64,000 bases of DNA, taken from positions 32,322-96,321 of the forward strand of contig RBZT01000564.1 in assembly GCA_003693705.1 (NCBI GenBank), in the 5' to 3' direction. Shown here piece by piece: positions 11,581 to 22,540 of this stretch; the first letter of the stretch is position 1, and each line of letters starts with the position of its first letter. The notes below the pieces were generated by a model. That model saw only the letters and a list, made by a program, of their open reading frames with translations, made no database searches and was not told the origin of the DNA. The stretch is from Polymyxa betae A26-41. Its lineage: Eukaryota; Protista; Endomyxa: Phytomyxea. The translations under genes and the position numbers were made by a program.

Positions 11581-12744
11581 TCAAGCAGCAATAACGTCTT
11601 CTTCAGCCTTGGCTTTCTTTAACAAAGCAGAGTCGGTCACTTCTTCACGACCACGCTTCTTGTTGTGTTTGCCCTGACGGCTGCCGACCTTCTTATTAAA
11701 AGGCAAAGCAGCACGAGCAGCGGTTTCAGCATGGACCTTCGCCCAATATTTCTCGTGTTCTTCAGCAGCCAAGACGCTGGCCTCCAGAACGTTCTCTCCA
11801 ATTTTGACATTGCCTTCAGCGACTTTGTCAACGACTTGTTTGGCAACCTCAGCCGAGGCAAATCGGATCGTAGCGAACTTCGAATCGCCATAGAAGTCAA
11901 CATACTTGACCTGTCCCAATTCGGAGAAGATCGCTTTCAGATCATTCTTGGTCACTCCTTCAAGGTTGCCGGTGACACGGACAAGACGGCCAATCTCACG
12001 CTGGACATTGTCCTCTTTGGCAGGTTCATCAGGGGTGGCTGCGGCGCCACCAGTTGAACCCTTCTTGCCCTTTCGCAGAGTCTGGCTCCATTCCTTCCAT
12101 TCGGCCATGGTCAGAGCGTACATCGGCTTGGGCTTAGCCTCAGATTCCTTCTCGGCTTCAGCGGACATGCTCTCCTCAGCTTCAGTCTGCTTGTTCTCTT
12201 CAGCTTCAGTCGGCTTGTTGTCTTCAGCTTCAGGCGTAGCCTCAGTAGAGGGCTTCCTTGGGATGGCAGCAACCAACTTAGCGACAGCTTCTGGGGTCGT
12301 GAATTCGACGAAAGCGAATCCGCGGTGGCCACGTTCTGATTCGTTTTTGTGTTTTGGGATACGAACCAAGGTGACGTCCCCGAACTGTGAAAGGTAAGCC
12401 TTCAGCGACTCGATAGTGGCATCAGCTGGGATTCGGTTTAGATAGGCAGTGCAAGCCTTCACCTGGTCATTAGATACAGCAGTGTCGACGAAGGGAGTCA
12501 CACGGGAGATGGCGTCCCGGCTTTCGTTCAATTTGAGAAACTGGGATTCATTGGCGATGGCATCCGCTACAACATTGGCTTCGGTAGTGAGTGTTTTCAG
12601 ACGGTTGAAAGTCAGAAAGACGCTGACGGGAATGAAGCCATCGGTATGTTCTTTCAGCTTCTCCTGCATAAATTTGTCACGACGCAGGTTGGCATCGCTG
12701 AAATAGAATTCGATCTGGCGGGCGACCTTGGCAGCGTTGTCCAT
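11581..12744 (-). CDS. La-family RNA-binding protein (La motif + RRM + C-terminal xRRM/RRM3), La/LARP7-like, intronless
   Basis: QIEFYFSDANLRRDKFM (La motif), RGFAFVEF (RNP1), VKYVDF...IRF...EEHEKYWAKV (xRRM), basic tail. Confidence 0.88.
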   Translation of the reverse strand: MDNAAKVARQIEFYFSDANLRRDKFMQEKLKEHTDGFIPVSVFLTFNRLKTLTTEANVVADAIANESQFLKLNESRDAISRVTPFVDTAVSNDQVKACTAYLNRIPADATIESLKAYLSQFGDVTLVRIPKHKNESERGHRGFAFVEFTTPEAVAKLVAAIPRKPSTEATPEAEDNKPTEAEENKQTEAEESMSAEAEKESEAKPKPMYALTMAEWKEWSQTLRKGKKGSTGGAAATPDEPAKEDNVQREIGRLVRVTGNLEGVTKNDLKAIFSELGQVKYVDFYGDSKFATIRFASAEVAKQVVDKVAEGNVKIGENVLEASVLAAEEHEKYWAKVHAETAARAALPFNKKVGSRQGKHNKKRGREEVTDSALLKKAKAEEDVIAA

Positions 12745-12885
12745 TTTTTCTACCAAATAGATTCTGATCGGACCTAGCCAATCAAGCAGAATCGAGGGCC
12801 AAAATACACAAGCTCCGAGATTAATTTTACGGAGTCCGCCACGGTGGTAATGAGAGAATTTTTTTCAAATTTTCCAGTTTTATTC

Positions 12886-13938
12886 TCATTTTTTATCGTC
12901 AATTCCAAAAAGCTCGCTTTTAAACTTGTGTAAGATCGATAACATTCTAAGTTTTCGCTCATAACATCTTCGCGATTCAGGGGACGTTTGTCGTGAAGTT
13001 TGTTTCTGACGATGCCGCTGGCGTCGTTTTCGTTCAGTCAACTGCTCGCGAGCTGCATCCATTTGTGAGAGAAGTTGTTCCATTTGTTTATAGGCTTTGA
13101 CGCTTGGCTCCTGAGAAAGCGATTTCATGAGGTTCGTAACAGAATCCGTGATCGTTTCGATCGAATCTTTCAGTATCGACCACAGTTGTTCTTGCTTCGA
13201 TGTATCGCCGGGTCCATTACATTGTGAACTTAGTGCATTCTGAACGCTAGCTGTCAGATTAAAAGTCTCTTTCGCCACGTTCGCCAAAAACGGGACTTTG
13301 TGATCCGAATATGCCGAGCGCAGCCGATCGGGAATTGTTTGTTTTCTCCTCTCTGCGTTCACTTTGTTTTTTTCAAGTGCGTTTGAATGATAGCTCTTCT
13401 TCGGCTGCGAATGTTTGTGCTTTACGCTTGTATTCTCCTCCTTCCTGCTTGAAGCTAGATGGCGCAATGCTTTGTTTTCTTTACATAAAAAGGCAAGCTC
13501 ATCTTTCGTTTGCTTTAGGCTTTTGGAAAGTTCGTTCCGTTCTGCTAGACTATCAGCAAGTTCTTTCCGAAGATCATTGCATTCGTTTTTGTACTGCTCT
13601 GACTTTCTCTCTACGTTGCTGTATTCAGCACTCATTGATTCTATTTTTTTCTGAAGAACCTCTTGTTCGACTCTATAAGTTTTAAGGTCCAATTCATACG
13701 ACGCTTTCATATCTTCAACTTCCTTCGTCGCAATCTGGTGTGCGTCAATTGATCTATCAAACGCTCGGTCACGTTCGCTTTCGAGCTGCTCCAAACGAGC
13801 CTGAAGCGTCCTCAGAGCGCATATCGCCACTACGAACACAACCATTCAGGAACCAGCTGCAATGGCACTCGCAATAGAACTACCTTTAGAGCTTCCATAG
13901 CGAGGGCTGGCCTCACCAGGCGTCAGCTGATTCCTCAT
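12886..13938 (-). CDS. Coiled-coil protein, CEP57/translokin-like (start approximate, one intron near 13830-13883)
   Basis: ALRTLQARLEQLESERDRA and VPFLANVAKETFNLTASVQNALS resemble the CEP57 N-terminal and central motifs. Confidence 0.5.
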
Positions 13939-14438
13939 GCCTCGAGTTATCGACGGTACTCGAAATGATCATGCCGCCCATAGGCTAGTGCATGCATAGT
14001 AAACGAATGTTGTATTGCCTAATGAGGACCGTAATGGGATTGGGAAAGAGAGATCCAGAGACTACAGTAGCGCAAACGTTGAAAGAGTTCGATGGTGTAG
14101 TAATAATGAGAGGCGGCGCGGGCTCCTTCGTGGCTCACTGACCACTGACCAACTCCTTGATCACATTTCAAGATTTGCTCTTCATCTCAATCGACAAAGA
14201 GCTCTGCAGCTACGACGGTGTCGTCCCACTTCCGTCTCCGCGCGATAGGCGATAGAGTTCGATCGAATCAAATTCGTCGTCCATCATGGAGAGTCCCCAG
14301 CCTGGCCAGACGTTCTTTCGCGGGAAAATGGTTCTGATCAATTGCAATATGGTTGCCTCGAATTAAACGCTGTAGAGCAAAGTGCTTCGTCTGTCGATTC
14401 GCGATCTGCCCAGCTTCGCTGCGAAATCGCCTGCCACT

Positions 14439-16401
14439 ATGTCCATCCTGAGAGTAACTCCAAAGCATTCCACCGCGACACAACAAACTATCGAATATGT
14501 GAAAGGGCTGCTTTTGCATTCGTCGCAAGCGCTAACTCAGAACCAACAAGTTATCAAGTCGGCAACAAACTATTCCTACTTCTCTATGCTTTCATTAAAT
14601 ATCGCCGATAGAGGCTTGCTGTCGGAGAGGAATCGTCTACAAAAAGAAAGGGATGGCAGACCAACTGTTGAAGAGTTCCAGTTTTTACAAGAACAGTTGG
14701 ATGCTCAACGTCAGCTGTCTCGCATGGATCGGGTTCAGATAAAGCAACTCCAGGCCCTTTCAGGTGCCCTGCATAGAATGCATCCTTGCCGATGTTTAAC
14801 GATGTAACATTTAGAACAACAAGATCATGCACTATCGCAAGCTGAATTACGCTTCCATGAAGTCAACCAGACAAAACATGAACTGTCAAATAAAGTTCGG
14901 TGTCTGAGCATTGCTCAGTCCGAGCATAATGTCAAATTAACGGTTGGTTCAAACATAAACAGTGTTGTTTCAATTCTGATCTTTTCAAAGGCTTTAGAGA
15001 AACAAATACAGTTGTCGAAAGAGGAGATAATGAGGCTGAACGAAGAGCTAAGGAGTAAAGCAGACGATTTACAAAACTGCCACAACAAGGTAGGCTGCAA
15101 TCTGCACAATCAGCAGACATGCTGACATTGATTTCTGCAGTTGCAAGTGTCGGTTGCTGCGCAAAACGAACTGAAAAATAAGGTCCTTTCTTCATTGTCG
15201 GCGAATGTCCTCCAAGAGGATACCGAGGAGATTGGTACTCTGACCGATGAACGGGGAAGGGATCTAAATGGTGAATCTAGATTGTGCATCGTTGCTGAAG
15301 TCGCTCTATGTTCATGCATCCAACAATGAAGAGGACGCCCCCGGTTCAAACCTGCCTAGCTGCGAGGAGATGGCCGAGAAAATACGAGTTGCTTTGAACC
15401 ATTATCAAGAAATGGTAACGCAATTCAATAACGTGTGACTTAATCAACAATTTGATTTCGCATTTCTTACAGCGGAACTGCTCGGTTAAATCGTTCCAAA
15501 GTTGTATTAAAAGGTTGTGTTCACATATTCCAAATGATCTTACTGAAGACCGAGACGACACTACAGCATTAGTTGGCGCTCTAGAGAACTATCTGGTTGA
15601 TGTGAAAGTATTCACCACGCGACTGCATTCTCAATGTTTATGGCTAAGGTTTCTTATTTTAGAAACAGAAGATATCTGCGAAATCTCTGAGGTGTTTAGA
15701 AGAAGAATGCTGTCAGCTCCGTCTCCAGGTTCTGATTTTGTCGGTAGTCCATGAGCGGTTATTGATCTGTTGGATATTAGGTAGAATCTGATAAGAACAA
15801 ATTGAAAGAATTCACAGCCAACCTCAAATCATCGGAACAGCTGGTGGCGTCTCTACAAAGAGAGGTTTGTCATGAACTCGATTACTGAGCTGTCAGTAAT
15901 TAGTCTCTAGCTGAGGATAACCCAATCAGAGCGTCTTGCAAACCTTGCTGAACTAGAGAAGCTGCGCTCTCGTTGCGCTTCTTTACAGCTCGAAGTATTG
16001 ATATGCTTAGTTGCTTTTTCAAATACCTAAAGTCGTTTACATCAGTTGGAAAAATCACCAACTTTTGCCGGTGAAGAAAAATGCCATGAATGTCTTTCTA
16101 GAAAAGAGACTTTCAGTTCTCTGGAAAAGCAACTGTATTTATTATCACAAGAATTCACAAGTCTCCAAGTAAAATAACAAAACTCGTTTCACAACAGAAT
16201 TAACGTTCACGTGCTCAGAGGGAAATGGTGGAGATGCGGTCAAAATCTTCTGACCATGTCTCAGTGATAAAGGAAAAAGATGTATGCATTAAAAGGCTTC
16301 AGGAAGAAATCAGATTGCTATCGGCTGCGGGGCTCCAGAAAAGATCCGAGGCTCAAAAAGAAAACTTGTTAAACAATCGCATACCTTTATCACGTATATA
16401 A
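14439..16401 (+). CDS. Hypothetical multi-exon coiled-coil protein
   Basis: Series of short E/Q/K/L-rich heptad exons separated by ~50-nt GT-AG introns; stop TAA at 16399-16401. Confidence 0.6.
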
Positions 16402-16870
16402 ATAACATTCTGATTACACAAACGCCATTACTTTCAATAAAGCCCTAGCAGCAGCATATCATCGTTTAATTGGGATTGGATAAAACCGAAAATCCCATAA
16501 CCAATAGCGAACATCAACAGCTTCTGAATGCTGGCTAGAAAAAATTCACTTTATACATCAGTTGGATGGAAACTTTCGGATTTTATGTCTCTGAGCTCTA
16601 TATTGGCTCTCGTCATATCATCAGAAAGACTCATGTTTTTAATATCTGGTCAGACCGAAGAGACCAGTGTGAACTGGCCGTCATGGATCACACAGGATTG
16701 GACGGCATAAAAGTGTCTATGACGCGATCCGGTTCGCTGAGTTTCACGGGATCAAGTGAAGAGCCCACTGAAGAGTCACCTGTCGAATTTGGACGCCACA
16801 AACTTAAGGGAAGGAGCAAAGATTCTTGGGAGAGACCCATATACAGGTTGTTGAGTCAATGGGGCACGTT

Positions 16871-18994
16871 TTATATGGGAGGTTTTCTATGAAATCGCCT
16901 ATCGCCAATAGTTTCTAGCCCGTTGTTTATGAGCCCGGTTAGGCGGTCGCGGATCGCTTGCGCTCGCTTGAAATCGTGGAACTCTTTTGGAAACCTGTTG
17001 CCCAGCCAGATATAAATATCCGTCAGAGAGCTCAATAGTTCACTAGAATCATGGTCAACAATCCCCAAGGCATCATGTCATACTGCATACAGATTAGAAA
17101 GCGAGAGATGATCCCGGCGGGTTCCATCAAGCACAGCTTCTGCTCTAGAATGGAAAAGTAAACCGGAGCGATGCGTCTCACAAAAATCTTTCGCCAGAGC
17201 CATCAGATGCCTCATTTCTTGGCGGCATCGCACAGAAACCGGCGCCATCGAGAAGGTATGTCGTTGCGATAACGTTAATGGCAATCTAAAAACCAGTCTT
17301 ATTAAGCTGTTGTATTGAAAGGTGTGTTTACCCTTGAAGCGCCTCAGCAATGAATGCTTGATCATCTATGACGTCCGACATGAAATATAGCCCATCCAAT
17401 GTCGAATGGCGCTGGAATTGTCGCAGAACTTGAAAAACATTATGCCGATTTTGCTGGTTAAGACGCATTCATGTTACCTTCGTGATATTGCATGTAAGGT
17501 TTCGCATCACAGAACCTCTGAATGGCGTCAAACTCTGGGGAAAGACTCGCTTGATAGATCGGGTCGGGCTTTAGCAGCAGTGCCTGTTTGAGATATTCGG
17601 CATCGAATCGTGGCCTATTGCTTGCCATTAAGCAAGTCACAGCACCATGCGGATATTGCGAGTTAAATCGGCCCGCTCGGCCGCCGATCTGCAGAATCTC
17701 GCTGCGAGTTAATCGCCTGACCTCCTTCCCGTCGAATTTCTGCAGACTTTCGTTAGCTGTCGCCGTCCGTTGCATTTTGCTGACCTTAATCGTACTGAAG
17801 ATCACTCGTTTGATACTGAGATTTAGCCCCATTCCAATCGCATCGCTGGCTATCAAAATATCATACCCTGAATCAGGATCATTGAACAGCGCTGCCTGCG
17901 ACTGTCTGGTAGCCGGTGGCAGATTCCCGTAAATCACACACACTTTCCGCCCCGTCATTCGCTCAACTTGCGCCTTCTGAACATCTCGTCAATTAAAAAC
18001 TCAATAAAGTCCCTAACTCCTACCAAGCTGAGAATATCGTTTCTTGAGAAGGCTATCAGACAATCGCCGGGCGATAGTTCTTTCAGAGATCGAATCGGCG
18101 TGACAAAGCGCAGCTCGCCTGAAACGGAGGTCTTAGCTAAACCCGATATGGCTCGCCCATCGAACCTAATCGCTCGTGCTTCACAACCGACAACGAATCA
18201 TTATTCACATCGCAGATCTCTTCGATCAGCTCGATCGCCGATTCGTCGCCGCATAAGTACACCTTTCCAAAAATGAGTCCCATAGCACGCATGACGAGAA
18301 TGCAGACCGTTTGGGCTGGTACGCCCAGTAGCGCTCGGGTCCAAGCGTGGCCACGATTCAAGTCGCCGATCATCTGGATCTCGTCGATGACGGCGCAGTC
18401 GATGGGTTGAGCGACGTTCGTCATCTCCACCGTTGATGAGCGGTGCTGGGCGCCGTCGACCTCTATGATTTCCTGGCCGGTTACCAAGTCGCATGCGACC
18501 CTATTGTGATTGAGGCGGGCGTGCACCTCCCAGGCTAACAGACGAAGTGGACCGGCATAAGAGCCGGATGTCGACGCCTCCAATTGCTTCAAAGCCTGAT
18601 GGAAATAATAAATATAGAAATCCCGTTCAAAAAGGAGTTATTGTACATTGTGGGTTTTGCCTGAATTCGTAGGGCCACAACGCAGGATGATATCCCGTTT
18701 CATGGAGCGGGCTAACGGATACCATTGCGAAGGCGATCGAAGGTCGGTCAGGTCGAGGACGTCCTGATCTTTGCCAAACTGTTTCGCGAAGCTGATGAAG
18801 GCCGACACCACCGCCGCTTCGTCATCGAAGTCGAGGTCGCGGCCGCAGCAGAAGAGCTGGGTGAGATGGCGGAAAGCGCGCCGATTTAGGTGCAGCTGCT
18901 GGCGGACCAGCTGACGAACCTGCTGTGAACGCAGCAGATAATGAATGTCGTCCAGATTCGGTCTGGCTGATGAAAGCGCCCTCTTGAAATGCAT
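16871..18994 (-). CDS. SUV3: Mitochondrial ATP-dependent RNA helicase SUV3, multi-exon
   Basis: [106 protein letters not shown]. Confidence 0.95.
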
Positions 18995-19289
18995 GCTGGA
19001 GACGAGGTGACCGTCGTCACTCTACAAGTTTCGTTACAGGGCCTGGACTGGAAGCGATTATACCAGCCGCACTAGACCGCGTGAAACACGGTTTGCTCAG
19101 TCGCAATTTCCAAACCGACTGAGCCGAACCAGGTTTCGTCGCCTGCTCCAGTTTAGCCCGATATTCGGACGACTGATCATGAGTGTTCCAGAAACCCTAT
19201 CCAGTGTTCCAGCAACACTATCTCCAGTGGACGCGGCGTCAAAGTCAAAATTGATTGCTTTTTATTTAAGATGGAGTGTTTTTTCAGAA

Positions 19290-22200
19290 TCATTGTGTGA
19301 GAGAGTTGTCGTCGACAAAGGCCTGGTTGTCGTCTGCGACAGTCTCGTCGTTGACGGCTTCAACCGCGATGTCGGTGGAGGCGTCGGCAGCCATGTCGTT
19401 GGGGACGTCAGCAGCCATGTCGTCGGCGGCGTCAGCAGCCATATCACTGGCGGCTTCGGCAGCCGTGTCGTTGGGGACGTCAGCAGCCATATCACTGGCG
19501 GCTTCGGCAGCCATGTCGTTGGGGGCGTCAGCAGCCATATCACTGGCTGCTTCAGCAGCCATGTCGTTGGCAGCCTCGGCAGCGCTGTCATTGAAGGCTT
19601 CGGCAAGAATGTCGTTGGCGGCGTCGGCTTCGATCCGCGATTGGCCCTGATACTCGGGAACTGGCAGCTGCTCGGCCAGGCTGGGAATGGGAGCTTCACC
19701 AAGGTGTTCGGTCGAGAGTTGTTCAGTCTTGCTGGGCACAGGCGCTTCTCCAATATGCTCCAAGATCGGCTGGGTGTCATCGTCGGCGTACAACGAATGA
19801 TGATAGGCGGTTATTGAAGGTAGATAGCCAGCAATGGCGTCGAACCACGATGACTGCTCAGGAGCGGTTTGTATGAGGACAGTCTGCTTGGAATCCGAGC
19901 TGGTTGGCGAAACTTGAGGCCGATGTCCTGCTGCTTTTAGAGAAGCATTTACTGGAGCTCCAGCCTCCATGATTGAAGGTCGTTCAGGTTCATATCGTGC
20001 CATCTCGTGCTTCTCTTCAAAGCTGGATCCCGCGTTGTTCACCTTTCTTTCGTTAAGCTCGCGGTTTGTCTTGTCGTCCTTAAAAGCTGCTTTCGATTTC
20101 TTTTTGTGAGAATTGCGCTTGCCTTCGTTAGACTTAGCGTTCACCTTGCCTTCTTTCATCTTGCTTTCTTTTGAGTCCGTGTGCGCCTTCTCTTCGGGAA
20201 GAACAATGTTCTGAAGGGGCTTTTCGCTTGAGTTCCCTGTCTCATAAGCTTCTGAGGACATGATTTTCACATCAGGCTTTTCGAAATGCTGCATGATCAG
20301 CATAGAGTTCTTCATGGTCAGCATTGCGTCATCACCAGGATTTACACTGTCAGTGACGTTCTGACCCTGAAGCTGGTTGAGTTCCGTCCAAGGCTGAGCG
20401 TCCTCTGTGATTTTAGAGGGGACTTTATCCTCTGAACTGGTGTAGTTTTCTGGAGAGTTTTCTGGAGACAGCAATGAGGGTATCGGAGCGCCAAACAATA
20501 TCTCATCGTCTTCTGGATGGTTAAGAAGCGTCTTTTTGCCGTCTTCTGTCTTTGGTGACTTGACTTCTTCAGAAGGTATTCTGCTCGACGCCTTTTTTTC
20601 AGAAGATTCTGCAGTATAGTCTTGGCTTGACTTCGATATATTTCCAGGTTTGTCCAGAGAGCTGTTGAAGGTTTTGTCAAGCTGGTCATCTGTGGCGTTC
20701 GACGCATTCCAGAGCATTGCGATGTTCTTGAAGTCAGGCTTCTTAATAGATATCTTATCGTTGACCATGTTCTTGGTTGGCTTTGAATTTTGCTCTAGGG
20801 AACTTTTGCCGGTCGAAGCAGTCCTGTTATTGGTCCCAGAGAGCGGTACCGATTGATTTAACGGCAAGGAAGTGTTCGCAACTGCTTGGCGAGGAGTCTC
20901 GCTCAATACAGTGCTATTAGTTGCTTGCAGTTGAGTTGCGTTATTAGGAATCGGCCGTGGAGTTTCCAGAGGAGCTGAAGTTGCTAAGTTATTGTTAGCT
21001 ATTGGCAACTGGGAAATATTTGCAGTCGCAGGACGAGCGATCGTCGAAGAATCTAAGGCCGATGCGTTACTCATGGGCGTCAGAGTTTGGGACGCATTAG
21101 CAACAACTGGACGTGAAGCTGCAGATTGCGCTGTGGCCGATACGTTGCCTGCAGATGAAATTGTCGCCGATATGTTGCCTGCAGATGGAGCTGTGGCCGA
21201 TATGTTGCCTGCAGATGGAGCTGTCGCCGTTTTGTTGCCTGCAGATGGAGCTGTCGCCGTTTTGTTGCCTGCAGATGGAGCTGTGGCCGTTATGTTACCT
21301 GAAGATGGAGCTGTCCCCGAAACGTTGCTGCTAATTGCTTGCAATTGAGGAGCATAACTAGGTGTTGGCCGAGGGATCTCCACCGGGACCATAGTTGATA
21401 CGGTATTGCTCAACGTTGGTGCTTGAGTGGCATTTACAGCGATTGGGCGAGAAGATGGAGCCACAGATGATACGTTATTGTTCGATATTGGCATCCATTG
21501 AGGAGTTGCCGAGTTAACGGCATTGCTGAAATTCACCCGAGGAACTGCCACTGATGCTGAACCATTCGTCGCGTTAGCAGTCTTGTTGGCGTTCACGGGA
21601 GAAGAGGCAATTGACGAACTAGCATTGCTGTGAGGTAGCATGGTGATATCTAAAGAAATGGTTAGTATCAATATCGTTATTGCAATCTGATGAGCCTTAC
21701 TGCTGTTGTCATTCTTGCCACCTGAAAGGATTTTTTTGGCCAATTCTCTGTCTTCAGGATTATTGCTACTCTCCATTCTTTTCAGTAGCTCATCGCGGTC
21801 GTGAGGTCCAAGTTGGTTTATCGCTTGTAAACGCTGACCGTTTTTGTCGCCACCTTGCTCGTTATGCTTCATGATTACAGCCGCCAGATTTCGGTCTGCG
21901 CTGTTGTTGCTCTTTTGCATGGCCGCAAGGATTTGAGGTTGTTTATCTTCCGGTATTGATTTGATCAGGTTTAGCTTTTCGTTCATATGGCGAACGAGCG
22001 CACGATCTGATCCAGAAATCATATTGCAGACATACCTGTCCAATGCTGATTCGCTTGTGGACATTGCTATTAGAGTCTGGGCTCTTTGCTTTGGTGTCAT
22101 CGAGTTCAGTAACTCCAGTGTTTTCTTCATATGCTCGTTGACCTGAGATTGCTCTGAATCCGATAGCTTTATAGGAGCTGGTGTTGGCGTCGTTGTCGAA

Positions 22201-22322
22201 TTTGTCCTGTTCTGAAAGGCAGGTTTCGGATTGACGACAACATTAAGTTCTGTGACACCGGCTTCACATATGGCGATAATTAATATCAGCAGTGACAATG
22301 TTATCTTGCCAATGCCGGTCAT
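19290..22322 (-). CDS. Large (~1010 aa) intronless signal-peptide protein with S/T/A/N-rich and acidic tandem repeats
   Basis: Start MTGIGKITLSLLILIIAICEAG; helical N-domain, internal hydrophobic segment, mucin-like middle, D/E/A repeat tail. Confidence 0.75.
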   Translation of the reverse strand: MTGIGKITLSLLILIIAICEAGVTELNVVVNPKPAFQNRTNSTTTPTPAPIKLSDSEQSQVNEHMKKTLELLNSMTPKQRAQTLIAMSTSESALDRYVCNMISGSDRALVRHMNEKLNLIKSIPEDKQPQILAAMQKSNNSADRNLAAVIMKHNEQGGDKNGQRLQAINQLGPHDRDELLKRMESSNNPEDRELAKKILSGGKNDNSSKAHQIAITILILTISLDITMLPHSNASSSIASSPVNANKTANATNGSASVAVPRVNFSNAVNSATPQWMPISNNNVSSVAPSSRPIAVNATQAPTLSNTVSTMVPVEIPRPTPSYAPQLQAISSNVSGTAPSSGNITATAPSAGNKTATAPSAGNKTATAPSAGNISATAPSAGNISATISSAGNVSATAQSAASRPVVANASQTLTPMSNASALDSSTIARPATANISQLPIANNNLATSAPLETPRPIPNNATQLQATNSTVLSETPRQAVANTSLPLNQSVPLSGTNNRTASTGKSSLEQNSKPTKNMVNDKISIKKPDFKNIAMLWNASNATDDQLDKTFNSSLDKPGNISKSSQDYTAESSEKKASSRIPSEEVKSPKTEDGKKTLLNHPEDDEILFGAPIPSLLSPENSPENYTSSEDKVPSKITEDAQPWTELNQLQGQNVTDSVNPGDDAMLTMKNSMLIMQHFEKPDVKIMSSEAYETGNSSEKPLQNIVLPEEKAHTDSKESKMKEGKVNAKSNEGKRNSHKKKSKAAFKDDKTNRELNERKVNNAGSSFEEKHEMARYEPERPSIMEAGAPVNASLKAAGHRPQVSPTSSDSKQTVLIQTAPEQSSWFDAIAGYLPSITAYHHSLYADDDTQPILEHIGEAPVPSKTEQLSTEHLGEAPIPSLAEQLPVPEYQGQSRIEADAANDILAEAFNDSAAEAANDMAAEAASDMAADAPNDMAAEAASDMAADVPNDTAAEAASDMAADAADDMAADVPNDMAADASTDIAVEAVNDETVADDNQAFVDDNSLTQ
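19380..19630. repeat. Coding tandem repeat, ~24-nt units (AAEAASDM / AADVPNDM)
   Basis: Repeated 'cagcagccatatcactggcggcttcggcagccatgtcgttggggacgt' blocks. Confidence 0.9.
21120..21318. repeat. Coding tandem repeat, 30-nt units (TAPSAGNK/I.A), about 6 copies
   Basis: Repeated 'gttgcctgcagatggagctgt(g/c)gccg' every 30 nt. Confidence 0.92.
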
Positions 22323-22540
22323 GGTTCGATCGTTTATACCGAGGAACGAAATTAATGTTAATATTACTTCGCGGTGGTTCGGGATCAAACTTGAAATAAT
22401 GTAATAGCTTACCTGATGATGAGTTGGCGTTGATTCACATATAGACATTGACTCATCAAACAACGACCAGCTTAAATATTTTTTAGAAAAAATATATCTG
22501 TTGATCTACAGTTTTTTACCAGTTTTATTATTACTTCTCT

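Noticed and set aside
19179-19817. Several long overlapping ORFs (G/V/S/H-rich and P/T/W-rich)
   Set aside because: Shadow frames of the stop-free 24-nt coding repeat in the minus-strand gene
21120-21318. Regular 30-nt repeats resembling a CRISPR array
   Set aside because: No unique spacers, in-frame coding repeat, eukaryotic context, no cas genes
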